DNA of 64,000 nt, from positions 12,896,001-12,960,000 of the forward strand of contig NC_043004.1 in the NCBI RefSeq assembly GCF_006345805.1. Reading direction: 5' to 3'. A model generated the notes under the pieces. That model saw nothing but the letters and a program-made list of their open reading frames with translations. It was not told the origin of the DNA and made no database searches. The number at the start of each line of letters is the position of its first letter. Within the stretch, counting starts at the first letter, position 1. A program made the position numbers and the translations under genes. Below, in pieces: positions 52,281 through 64,000 of this stretch. Origin of the DNA: Octopus sinensis (lineage: Eukaryota).

Positions 52281-52651
52281 CATCATCATTATTATTATTA
52301 TTATTATCAATACCACCATTATTATTGCCCTCATTCCCATCATGACCAATATTATCAATATCGTCATGACCGATATTATTAACACTACCTCTACCATTAT
52401 CACCGCAACCAATAGTATTAACTCTACTATTGTCTACCAATAATATGAGCACAACCATCACCGACAGAAGTATCTGTTGTTACAGCAATTGTAACTACAG
52501 AATCAACAGCAGAAATTATAACATGAGAATCTACAAAGACGGCCACAAACTGTGGCAATAACCGTGGTAACTATAGCAACAGCATTGGATGCTATCCTAT
52601 GCAACACCACAACAATGATAGCAAAAAAAACAAAATATTTACGACCATATC

Positions 52652-52795
52652 ATTTACATTATTTACATTTGACGGATATTTGACCTCATCTTGATTGTTG
52701 TTAACACAACGTTTCGGCTGATACCTCTCCAGCTTTCATCAGGTGTCTTGGGGAAATTTCGAACCTGGATTCTCATTCCTAAGGTATCTTTCGAT
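52652..52795 (-). repeat. PLE pseudo-LTR-like repeat, left inverted copy
   Basis: Reverse complement of 57123-57265. Confidence 0.85.
52703..52747 (-). ncRNA. Minimal type I hammerhead ribozyme motif
   Basis: GACAC-CUGAUGA-A-AGCUG-loop-CAGCC-GAAA-CG-UU-GUGUU: stem I, intact core, stem II with one mismatch, palindromic AACGUU stem III. Confidence 0.75.
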
Positions 52796-52798
52796 ATT

Positions 52799-52885
<87 letters not shown>

Positions 52886-52985
52886 GGGGTTTCCTGGTAT
52901 CTGAGTTAGGTAGCAATCAGCCCCTTTCGCTATCATTCCCAGGGCACCTATGACAACAGGTATTGTTTTAGTCTTCAGGTTCCAC
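52886..52985 (-). mobile_element. Inverted ~100-bp fragment of a second Dong/R4 subfamily
   Basis: MWNLKTKTIPVVIGALGMIAKGADCYLTQIPGNP versus MWHLKAVTIPVIVGALGMIKKGTENYMRMIPGLP in the 56.7-kb ORF; flanked by (ATT)n on both sides. Confidence 0.8.
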
Positions 52986-53076
52986 ATTATTATTATTATT
53001 GTTGTTTTTGTTGTTATTCCGAGTTCGATTCCAGGCAGTGACCTGAATAATAATAGTAGTAGTAGTAGTAGTAGTA

Positions 53077-53150
<74 letters not shown>

Positions 53151-53176
53151 AAGAAGAAGAAGAAGAAGAAGAAGAA

Positions 53177-56100
53177 TGATGGCCGCCTCCCCACGAGCCA
53201 ATCAAAGCTAAAAAATGATAACATTATCGTAGCACCAAAATGTTTTTGGAAACTAAAAGGAAAACTAAATCAGTATACCAAATCGCTTGTCCTATGGTTA
53301 ATCTGGAAGCGCGTCCCCCAGGGAAGAGCCAGCCTGGGATCGAAAAGTCATCAACTGACACAAACTCTTCTCCGAATACGGACATGGATGGTCACTTGAA
53401 CGGGAAATCCCCCAACTCGAGCCCTCCAAGTTCACCACCACAACCACCACAGAAAGAAAAATGTAAGCGGAACAAATGGACCCGAGAAGAGTATAAAGAA
53501 GTAATATACGCTTATTACTATGCATTAGGTAGGCCATCTCAAGAGAGACACACCGCAAACTCTTACAGTATATGGAGAACACGGAATCAAGACAGTAGGC
53601 CCTATTTGGACGAGAACAAATTAGCAAATGTGAGGAGGGATATCCTTAGAAATAACAGACTCACAGACAGTGAAATAAGCGCGATCAAGCACGCAACGGA
53701 AAATGACATAAATATAAGACACAAAGGAAATGAAGAATCAGATGAACAGTATATCCCGCCACGAGGTTTAATTGAAAGACTGCCATCTGACCAAAGTACG
53801 CAAAGACCTGAAGATACAAGAAATTCTATTGTACCTGTTAAAGATAGCCAGGAAAACGAAAAAACAACAGTAACTGAAGATCTCGCATTTGCTGAAGAAC
53901 ACAGAGAGTCTATGGCAGAAATGAGGCAGAAAATCCTGAATACGCTTGAAGTTGTAAGACATACAAGTATGAATGATAGAGAACCACTTCATAAACTCTC
54001 AAATACAAACCAAAATAAAAAACAAATCCAAATTGGCAACTATGTAACACATGAAATAATACGAGAATTAAAACCTGATTTTACTGAGTTAAATGAAATT
54101 ATTTACGCTACTGCTAGGGCAATTGAAACCAGCTGTATGCCCCCGAAAAAAACAAAGAAAACAAAACCTGGGAAGAAATCAAACCTGGAGAAGTAAAATT
54201 GAAAAAGAGATTGAATTTATGAGAGGGGAAATATCAATATTAAATGAAATAATATGTGGAAATGATGTAAGATCCAGAACAGGAAGAAAGATGAAGAGAA
54301 AATTTGGATCCTCACCAAGAGAAGAACTGATATCAATAAAAGAACGCTGAAACAAAAAGTCCAAGCAAAAGCCCAAAGAATACGAAGATTTGAGAAGAGA
54401 AACAAGTTTTACAAGCAAAATAAGCTGTTCACATCCAATGCCAAAAAATTCTACAGAGAAATAGGGAAGGAGAAAGTAACCGTTAAAGACCCCCCTCCCA
54501 TGTAAGAAGTTCAAAACTTTTGGAAAAGGATTTGGAGTGACAAGAAGACGTACAACATAAATGCAGACTGGATTATACAAACTGAAGGATCCTACCAAAA
54601 TTTACAACAACAAGCATGGGAAGACATCACAATAGCAGACCTAAGAAAGGCACTCACGAAGGCCCATAATTGGAAATCCCCCGGTAAAGATAGGGTGCCG
54701 AATTTCTGGCTCGCATCGCTCCCATGCGCACACGGTAAGCTAGTTCAGCTGCTCAATGGAATTATGAGAGACCCAAAGAAAACAACTGAATGGTTAGCAA
54801 GTGGCATTACTTACCTACTCCCAAAGAATAACGAAACCAACCTTCCAAAAAACTATCGGCCTATAACCTGTCTATCCACCACGTATAAAATCCTAACATC
54901 TATCCTGGCGGAGAAAACATATGCATTCGTGGAGAAGAAGGATATTTTCCCCATTGAACAAAAAGGGTGCCGCCGAGGCTCTTACGGATGCAAAGATCAA
55001 CTGCTAATCAATCGTATGATCCTTGAGAACTGTCACAACAAGCGCAGAAATCTCAGCACCGCATGGATTGACTATAAAAAGGCCTTCGACAGTATACCGC
55101 ATCCATGGATCTTGAGATCGCTGGACATCTTCAAAATTTCCCCTGTGATTTCAAACTTCCTGAAGCACAATATGTCGTTGTGGAATACGAATCTCCAATT
55201 ATACCACTCTAATGGAGTACTTGCCTCAGAAAATATAAACATCAAGTGTGGAATTTTTCAAGGTGACTCACTTTCACCTTTAATATTCTGCATAGCCCTA
55301 ATACCCCTTACAAGTGAATTAAACAGAACAGGGTATGGGTATAAAATTGCCAATAAAAAAATAAGCCATCTATTTTATATGGATGACTTAAAACTTTATG
55401 GTAAAGACAATAATGAACTTGAAGGCCTATTGCGCACCGTGAAAGCATTCAGCGATGACATCGGGATGGAGTTTGGACTTGAGAAGTGTGCCAAAGCCAC
55501 TTTCCAGAAAGGGAAAGTGAAGACCACAAATTCAGTCGTGTTAGATGTTGACACAGTCATAAGAGAGCTTGAGCAAGAACAAACATACAAATATTTAGGG
55601 ATAAATGAAGGCTCTGGTATTCAGCATGCAAGCATGAAAGAGAAGATCAGGAAGGAATGTTATAGGAGAGTTCGTGCAGTCCTGAAATTTGAACTAAATG
55701 CACGTAACAAGGTGTTAGCTATAAATTCCTTAGCAGTTCCAGTTGTTACTTATAGCTACAATGTGTTGAACTGGAATATTAGTGAAGTAAAGAATATAGA
55801 TAGGAAAATACGCAAGCTGCTGAGTTGTAATAGGATGCACCACCCAAAGGCAGACGTAGATCGCCTTTACCTTCCCAGAGCCCAAGGAGGTCGAGGCCTG
55901 ATCCAATTTGAAATAGCTTACAAAACAACCACAATTGGACTGGCCAAATATCTCGAAATATCGAATGACTGGATGCTAAAGCTCGTGGAAAATCACGAGA
56001 GACGAAAGAAGCTATTGATCTCGTGCATGATACCCAAACTGAACAACCCGAGGGAAGTACGGCAACTATTATTGCAAAGAAGGTGAAAATGATGGCAATG

Positions 56101-57074
56101 AAAAAAGCGCACGAGCAATTGGCTGATAGGTGGGAGGAGAAACCTCTGCATGGCAAATATGTGACCCGCAGCAAACAAGCTGATGTTGACCAGAAGCAAA
56201 CCCATCAGTGGCTACGGAGCTCAGGGCTAAAAGCAGAGAGCGAAGGTTTCATCCTGGCTGCTCAAGATCAAAGCCTATTAACCCGGAACTACCAGGCCAA
56301 TGTGATGAAAAATGGAGCGGACCCAAAATGCCGATTCTGCAACGACATGATTGAAACAGTGGACCACCTAATCTCTGGATGTAAAGTCTTAGCACCAGTG
56401 GAGTATAAATTAAGACATGACAGAGTTGGCCAATATCTCCACTGGCTAATAAGTCGGCATTACAATATCAAAACTGCCGACAAGTGGTATAATCACCACC
56501 CTGAGGCTGTAACTGAAGGAGAAAATGTAACCATTCTGTGGGACTTTCCAGTACATACAGACCGAACCATCAAGGCCAATAAACCAGATATTGTTGTGAA
56601 AGACCAAAACAATAAAGTTTGCTTATTGATCGACATGAGCATCCCCTGTGATCATAATATCTCAGCGAAAGAGCTTGACAAGCTCAGAAAATATAAAGAC
56701 CTACTCATTGAAATTGAGAAAATGTGGCATCTCAAGGCGGTTACAATACCAGTGATCGTAGGAGCACTAGGAATGATCAAGAAGGGAACCGAAAATTATA
56801 TGAGAATGATCCCTGGCTTACCATCCCTGCAAGAAGTGCAAAAGATTGTCTTAACTGGTACATCACACGTATTGAGAAGAGCATTGTCGATGTGAGAACT
56901 GTTGCTGCTCATGTATTTTAATTTAACTTAAAAAAAAAAATAAAAAAAAAAAATGAACGAACTTTTGAGTTTGGTTTAATGGCCTACCAATGTATACTAT
57001 GAGTTTCTTTGCCCTAGGAGTCGGGAAGACACTCGGCAAGAAATGGAAGCAAATTTGAAAGAAGAAAAAAAAAA
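53177..57074 (+). mobile_element. Near-full-length Dong/R4-clade non-LTR retrotransposon inserted in an (AAT)n tract
   Basis: N-terminal KWTREEYKEVIYAYY; RT NYRPITCLST, WIDYKKAFDSIPH, GIFQGDSLSPL, LFYMDDLKL; CRFC...ETVDHLISGC knuckle; RLE RHD ... NKPDIVVKD...LIDMSIP...KLRKY; TAA repeats on both flanks. Confidence 0.92.
53240..56895 (+). pseudogene. Dong/R4 ORF broken into 53240..54196, 54695..56086 and 56023..56895
   Basis: Frameshifts and stops between the segments, with an apparent deletion near 56020. Confidence 0.88.
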
Positions 57075-57122
57075 GTAATAATAATAATAATAATAATACT
57101 AATACTAATAATAATAACAACA

Positions 57123-57296
57123 ACATCGAAAAATATCTTAGGAATGGGAACCCAGGTTCGAAATTTCCCCAAGACGTCTGATGAAGGCTGGAGGTTATAT
57201 CAGCCGAAACGTTGTGTTAACAACAAACAAGATGTGGACAAATATCCGTCAAACGTAAATAATGTACATAATTCCTCATTTCTTAAATATAGAACT
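57123..57296 (+). repeat. PLE pseudo-LTR-like repeat, right copy with ~30-nt 3' extension
   Basis: Matches the left copy, plus AATTCCTCATTTCTTAAATATAGAAC before the TSD. Confidence 0.85.
57173..57218 (+). ncRNA. Minimal type I hammerhead ribozyme motif
   Basis: GACGU-CUGAUGA-A-GGCUG-gagguuauau-CAGCC-GAAA-CG-UU-GUGUU: perfect 5-bp stem II; stem I weakened to wobble pairs. Confidence 0.75.
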
Positions 57297-59419
57297 ATAT
57301 TTACGACCACATCGAACTAATTCGACTACCAATATAACAACCATTACCGCAACAGCAAAAATAAAGTGATAACGACTACAGTAACCATAACATTAGCTAC
57401 CATACATATAGCCTAGTGGTTATGATGTTGTGCTCATAATCTTGAGTAGCAATCTTCATCTTACATCGCTCTGTGATCTGTTCGACACCTGATATGGGGT
57501 ACATTTGCACCTGTTCAGTCAATATAGATTTCATGGAGGGAGTGGGCTTATTCATAGCACATACATTTGAGGAGAAACTGGTAAGGAAAATGAGTCATAA
57601 AAACGTCCGATGTCAAATAAATCAGCGTCGAATCAGTGACACTATTTAGGCGGCGCCAAAATGGCTGTGCCAAACGGTCTGATAAACATAATGGGTGTCT
57701 CTACATGGTATACTGAAGTAGCAGATAAATCTACCTCCAGCTCACACAAAATATCGCTGTGGAACATGTACTTCTAGACACTCAGCACCTAGGGAAAAAA
57801 CGGTGTGGTCACATTTGGAATGCTTTTCACGAGGTTATTATGACTAGAATGTCTTTGATCATACGTCTTCTCATTCTGATTTGTTCTAGATCTCAACAAC
57901 AAGGCAGCGAAGAACATCAAACACGTGGTCATATTCTCTACAAAATATAGCAGTCAGCTTCCTCTTACAAAGCTTGAGTTGACGCAAGTTTATAGAAATA
58001 CGGCACGCTAAAAAAATGGAACACGAGGATCTCAATGTTCAGATGTGAACTTCCGTAATCTACCAGCTATTGGTGCAACAACAATACCTGTACAGGATCT
58101 AGTTTGATAACAGTTTACGGGGAAACAAACAAGAAAAATAAACACACTAGCTTAAAATGTTACGTAATGAGAGCGTGCAGAAGACCACATGATTACTAAG
58201 CTATCTTCGCCTCTAAATACTCAATCATCAATGCGTCCACAATCCTACTTTAATAATACATCAGTGGATTGAAGTTTAGCGGTCCAGCCGACTGCATACC
58301 TGACATAAGTCTGTTCGATTAGGTTTCACTTGACCACCTCAGATTATCATGAGTTAAAAATTACTAACAGAACAACTTCTGGGACTAACGCTGCAATTTT
58401 TAAAGTGAAGGCAAATTATTCTGGTCAAATTTCGAAACATTTCAAGACTCCAGAGGAAAAGTTGTTGTTTCTAGCAGTGAAATTGCTTTCAGTTAAGCAT
58501 TTCTTTATCGTTATTTGCTTAGATTTTCTAGATCTACTATCCTTGAGATTAATTTTGGAAGTACTAATAAAACATTAATACGAGGTATCTACTGTTTGGC
58601 AAGACTGCAAGTCGGTAGAATCGCTACTCCGCCGGACGAAATGCTTAGCGGCATTTCATCCGTCTTTCTTTTTTACGTTCAATTTCCACAGAGATCGATG
58701 CCACCTTTTATCCTTTTGGAGTCGGTAAAATAAGTACCAGTTGAGTACTGGGGTCAATTTAATCGACTTCGCCCTTACCCCAACAAACAACTGGCTTTGT
58801 GCTCCAAAACTTGAAATCAATATAATGTGTTAAATAGAGGACTACATATTTTACATTTTAAATAACAATGACTACCACAGCGATTCTCTTGCGCACGGAA
58901 AAGTCGTCATATCCGATGGAAGAAATTTCAAGAATTCTGGAGCAAATAAATATGGAGACTTCTTTAGGGATCGTGGAAGGAATTATGCTTTTATGTGGAC
59001 AAAAATTCATTGTCATTATTCACATAGCTTTTATTAAATTTCTTTTCTGTAATGTTGATTCTAAGACCTTTAATATTTAATTAAAACAATGACGTTTTTA
59101 ATGTTACGATAAATTGTTTTGTATACAAGACTACTTTGTTTTGTCATTTACAAGTGGGAGATGGGAAAGTGTTTGGGGAATTGGTAAAGATGGGAACAGA
59201 GAAATGCTTAAGAGACATTGCTCTAAATATTTCATTAACCTCAACAACCGCACCAGCAATGACAACACTAGTATAGTAAGTATGTCATACAGTGCCAACA
59301 CTTATAGCAGCTCAAACATAGAGTAGCGTGACAGCAGCAACAACGCTGACTAACATGACTGCGGTTTGAGGGAGACATGAGAGAACAGGATGAAATATCA
59401 TGTTGTAATATGCTCCGGT

Positions 59420-59720
59420 GGAGACACATGGCCTGGTGGTTACAGCAGAAGACTCGCGGTCGAGGGATCGCGGGTTCGAATCTCAGACCGGGCGTTGTGT
59501 GTGTTTATGACCGAAACACCTAAGCTTCATGCGGTCCCAAGCAGCAGGCAATGGCGAACTTCTGCTGACTTTTTCGCCACAACTTTCTCTCACTCTTTCC
59601 TCTTGCATCTAGCAGCTCACCTGTGACAGACCGACGTCCCGTTCCGGTGGGGAATCTTTACGCCAATGAAACCGGGAAACCGGCCTTTATAAGCCAGGCA
59701 TGACTCGAGAAGGAACAAAC
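59420..59720 (+). mobile_element. tRNA-derived SINE, family D, full length
   Basis: TGGCCTGGTGG A box, GGGTTCGAATCT B box; 3' part shared with 46990-47215. Confidence 0.8.
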
Positions 59721-60111
59721 AAACAAACAGACAACATACTCCGGCTTCTTGCTTTCTGAGTCAAATCCCCACCTCCGCCTCTGAGTTCAGCTTCTCTTTT
59801 CATTCTTCTGGTGGTGATGGTGAGGAGGTGATAGATAAAGTACCACTGAAGAACGATGGACTGGCTGAAATGTGAGAGCCTCCGCCGGGAAATCTCCTGC
59901 AGTATTTCATGCGGCTCTTCGCGTCCTGAGTTGAAACATAACTAAGTTACTTAGGTGATAGACTTTATATGTCATCCGGTTTAACAGATAGTATCTCCTT
60001 GGATACTATTAGCTGTTGTAAGTATCCAAGAAGGGTCACCGATTTGAGGATGTCTGCCTATCTCCCTCCCACTTCTCTCTGCGCTCTTAATAAAAGATAG
60101 CAACAGTAGAC

Positions 60112-60475
60112 ATAGGCGTGGCTGTCTGGTAAGAAGTTTGTTTCAGAACCACATGGTTGCAGGTTCAGTCCCACTCCATTGCACCGTGGGCAAGTGTCTT
60201 CTACTATTGCCTCGGCCCAACCAAATCCTTTATATGTGTATGTGCGTGTGTGTATGCATGTGTCTGTATATCTTTGAGTCTCAGTCCCTTCCATCGCTTA
60301 ACAACCGGTGTTGGTGTGTTTACGTCTATGTAACTTAGTGGTTCGGCAAAAAGACACAGATAGAATAAGTGCGAGAATTTAAAAAATAAAAGAAGAGGGA
60401 AAGATTCGTTCGACTCAAATTTTTTTCAAGGCGGTGCCCCAGCTTGGCCGCAGTCTAATAACTGAAACAAATAAA
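60112..60475 (+). mobile_element. SINE family A, full length
   Basis: Head and tail (GGCGGTGCCCCAGCTTGGCCGCAGTC..ACTGAAAC). Confidence 0.8.
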
Positions 60476-60631
60476 GGAAAAATTTAAAAGCAATGAGAAC
60501 AACGATGACGATGACACCAGTCAAGTATGTAATACAGCAAATAAACAGCAAGATGTCCTCATGCGTGGAGGTATTTGTTTGAAAAAGCAACGAAAATCTC
60601 CTTCAGGTTACATTTATTGTTTTTAACTTAG

Positions 60632-60701
60632 TGGGTCAGGAGGAAGAGATAGAGTCCATGGCGAGAATAGACAGGAGGAAGTCGATACCTGTGAGAAAGA
60701 C
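60632..60701 (+). CDS. Candidate 70-nt purine-rich exon
   Basis: Acceptor tttattgtttttaacttAG, donor GAC|GTGAGC; two frames are open. Confidence 0.18.
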
Positions 60702-60859
60702 GTGAGCAGGGAGAAGATTGCAGAGAACCATGTGTTGGAGAGTAACTACTGAGCAGAGAGGAGTGCGTAGGGTAGAAGGTTGTCCACTATAAGAGATGGA
60801 GATATAAACTGGCTTTTAATTCTGCAAAACACATTGAGTAATCCTGTCTACAATGGAGA

Positions 60860-61800
60860 CAAAGTCTGAACTTTTCCGGGAAGGGATTAGTCGATTACAT
60901 CGCCCTCAGTGTTTCACTGGTACTTAATTTATCGACCCTGAAAGGATGAAAGGCAAAGTCGACCTCGGTGGAATTAGAATTCAGAACATAGCGGCAGAAG
61001 AAATACCGCTTAGTATTTAGCCCGGCGTGCTAACGATTCTGCCAGCTCGCCGCCTTAAAGAAACATTGAATAATGGTAGACCCTGATAATTATAGATACA
61101 GGATGTTTACGGTGTTAATGTTTTGATTGTAGGGCTTCTAGAGCTGATCTAGAACGACAACACTGCTTTATATTTCATCTTTTACTCATTTCATTCATTT
61201 AACAGCGATCATGCTACAACGACTCGATTCAGTGCACAACAGTTAGTTATTTTATGAACCCTAAAAAGATGAGAGACGAAGTAGAACTCAACAGAATTTG
61301 AACTCAGAACGCAAAGATGGCCGAAATGCTGCTAAGCATGATACCCTCTGCGCTAACGATTCAGCCAGTTTGTCGCTTTATACACAATTTTAATAATCTT
61401 TTCTACTGTAGGCACAAAGGCTGTAATTTGAGGGGAGGGGGGAGCAGTCGATTAGATTGACCTCAATACACAGCTGATACTTATTTTATCGAACCCGAAA
61501 GGATGAAAGGCAAAGTCGACCTCGACAGGATATGAACTGAGAACGTAGCCACAGGCGAAATACCGCTAAGCATTTCGTTCAGCGTGTTAACGATTCTGCC
61601 GGCTCGCCGCCTTGAGGTCGGGATAATTCGATTACACCAACTGGTACTTATTTTATCGACCCTCGGAAGGTTGAAAGGCAAAGTGGACGTCGGTGGAATT
61701 TGAACTCAGAACGTAAAGGCGGACGGAATGCTGCTAAGCATTTCGTCCGGCACGCTAACGATTCTGCCAGATTGTCTCTTTATACACACTTTTAATAATA
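60860..61800 (-). mobile_element. Cluster of SINE family B copies (at least four)
   Basis: Repeated GATGAAAGGCAAAGTCGACCTCG..GAATTTGAACTCAGAAC. Confidence 0.8.
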
Positions 61801-62660
61801 CGATGCGAATTACATCGTGTCCCCTCACCCAAAAGATGGTAGAGTTATAGCTGGAATGTTTTCACCATTAATTTGCTTAATTAAGGTTGACATAAGAGTA
61901 AGCAACAGCAACACAACTCGATTCCCGGATCTTGTACAATAACCAACGATAACTATATTCTAAAACGAATTAAAGACTATGTGTGGGGGACTTGGCTAAC
62001 ATTTCTAGCAGATAAACCCATCATTTATAATGATACAGTGGTCGTATTCGTCAGGTGGTTGTCGTCCTGATTGCGGCACTGATGACAGTGGCGCAATGGC
62101 AGGGTCATGGTAGTTATCATTTGTACTAGTACGTTGTTGGTAAAGCGGCGGTGTTGATAGTGATGCTGATGTTAATGGTAATAATATTATAATGGTTACT
62201 ATAATGGTAGCAATTGTAGGTATGGTGTAGATAGCAGTGGTAGTATTTATGATGTCAGCACAATTGTAACTGTAGTGGTGGTCATGGTGGCATTGGAATT
62301 GACGATCGTTATGCTGGCGATTATATTTGATATTAATATATATTTTGGTTGGTTGTGCTGATGCTGGTGGTTCTGGTGGTGATGGTGGTAGTTGCGATAT
62401 TGATGGTGATGTTTGATGGTGGTTGCTTACAAGATTCCTTTCAAAGAAAGATTGTCAACTAATTGGACATTGAAGAAATGTAGACAATTAGCTCCAGATT
62501 GCTTAGAGGGACATCTTAGTAGAAAACAGAAATACATAAAACATGTCGACACACACACACACACATTGAGGCACAGATGTATGCATGTACATATATATAT
62601 ATATACATATATATATATATGCATACTCAAGCATATGTATATGCATATATATTTACATAT

Positions 62661-62729
<69 letters not shown>

Positions 62730-62734
<5 letters not shown>

Positions 62735-62986
62735 CTGTGTGTGTGTGTGTGTGTGAATATGGAGCGTATCTGTGTGAGTAAAGTTTCAAACGTTACCTTA
62801 AATATTTCGATAGAAGTATTATGTTTTATTATGTTTATATTGAGATGCGTTTGTGTTGTTCGCACCATAAAATATTCCATAAATATACTTGTTAAAGCAG
62901 ACGAACCAAACCACACCTGCACGTACACACCCACACGGACACATTCAAATGTACATATATGTATATATGAAGATATGTGTGTATGG

Positions 62987-63027
<41 letters not shown>

Positions 63028-63346
63028 TACATACATACAGACAGACACACACACACACACCACACACACATATATATATATATATAATATATATATATAT
63101 ATATACACCTGTGTGTGTGTGTGTGTGTGAATATGGAGCGTATCTGTGTGAGTAAAGTTTCAAACGTTACCTTAAATATTTCGATAGAAGTATTATGTTT
63201 TATTATGTTTATATTGAGATGCGTTTGTGTTGTTCGCACCATAAAAGATTCCATAAATATACTTGTTAAAGCAGACGAACCAAACCACACCTGCACGTAC
63301 ACATTCAAATGTACATATATGTATATATGAAGATATGTGTGTATGG

Positions 63347-63389
<43 letters not shown>

Positions 63390-63480
63390 TACATACAGAC
63401 AGACATACACACACACACACACATACACACACACACACATATATATATATAATACACAGAGACACACTTATATATGCATA
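62730..63480. repeat. ~375-bp tandem duplication bounded by microsatellites
   Basis: GAATATGGAGCGTATCTGTGTGAG occurs twice (~62755 and ~63129); the copies differ by a substitution and a ~12-bp indel. Confidence 0.88.
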
Positions 63481-64000
63481 CACAATCACGAACACACACA
63501 TAAACATATCCACACACAGACACAAATACATATATATATATATATATATATGTATAGAGAGAGAGAGAGAGAGGGGGGAGGAGAGAGCTTTTTATATATT
63601 GAATCAGTGCTCTATGTGTGTATGAGAGCATCTATGTGTGTGTGTGTATGTGTTTGTGTGTGTGAGAAAGAGAGACCACGGGCGAAAGTGTGTGTGTGTG
63701 TGCTTTGATTGTTTATGTTCCTATTGTCTTGGGGACATGCAGTGCGTTTGTATATGCTTGCGTATGTGTGTATGCGTGTATATATGTGTGCGTAAGTGTG
63801 TGTGTCTATATGTGTGCATGATGTGAGTACGCATGTGTGTGTGTTTCCCTCTTAGTTGTTCTGGCACAAATTAAACTAACGAAGAACTCAGTAAATCGTG
63901 ATCAGCTTGGAAAAAACGAAAAAAATATATCAAACTTTAAATGGCTGTTTACGAACCACTAAAAATTAGGTTTCCTCGTGCTCAACTTTTCGTGTTTTCT

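Noticed and set aside
58868-59080. ORF with YPMEEISRILEQINM resembling an ABC-transporter helix
   Set aside because: Flanking ABC motifs are absent and a second frame is equally open.

Overview
AT-rich eukaryotic non-coding DNA saturated with microsatellites and transposon debris. The SINE families and repeat landscape look like a coleoid cephalopod, most likely Octopus (inference from memory, not searched). No cellular gene could be named; almost all ORFs in the supplied track are microsatellite translations or TE fragments, and only a few low-confidence candidate exons were seen. The main contents are: (1) a near-complete Penelope-like element (PLE; RT + GIY-YIG) on the minus strand at ~22.1-26.7 kb with direct and inverted pseudo-LTRs; (2) a near-complete Dong/R4 non-LTR retrotransposon (RT, CCHC, restriction-like endonuclease) at ~53.2-57.1 kb inside an (AAT)n tract; (3) a full-length but disabled mariner with TIRs at 4758-6031; (4) Tc1, mariner, CR1-like, RTE, Helitron and Helentron relics; (5) at least four tRNA-derived SINE families, including dimers and tandem arrays. 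The most notable hidden structure is a set of minimal hammerhead-ribozyme motifs in three PLE-type terminal-repeat families. One canonical pair (52703-52747 minus, 57173-57218 plus) sits in divergent inverted repeats that bracket the Dong element and are bounded by a 17-bp target-site duplication. Two other families carry family-wide variant cores (CUGAUGC and CUGUUGA). Also seen are a 226-bp foldback, a covarying SINE/LINE 3' stem-loop, and duplications that may be assembly artefacts. Repeat boundaries are approximate unless motif coordinates are given.
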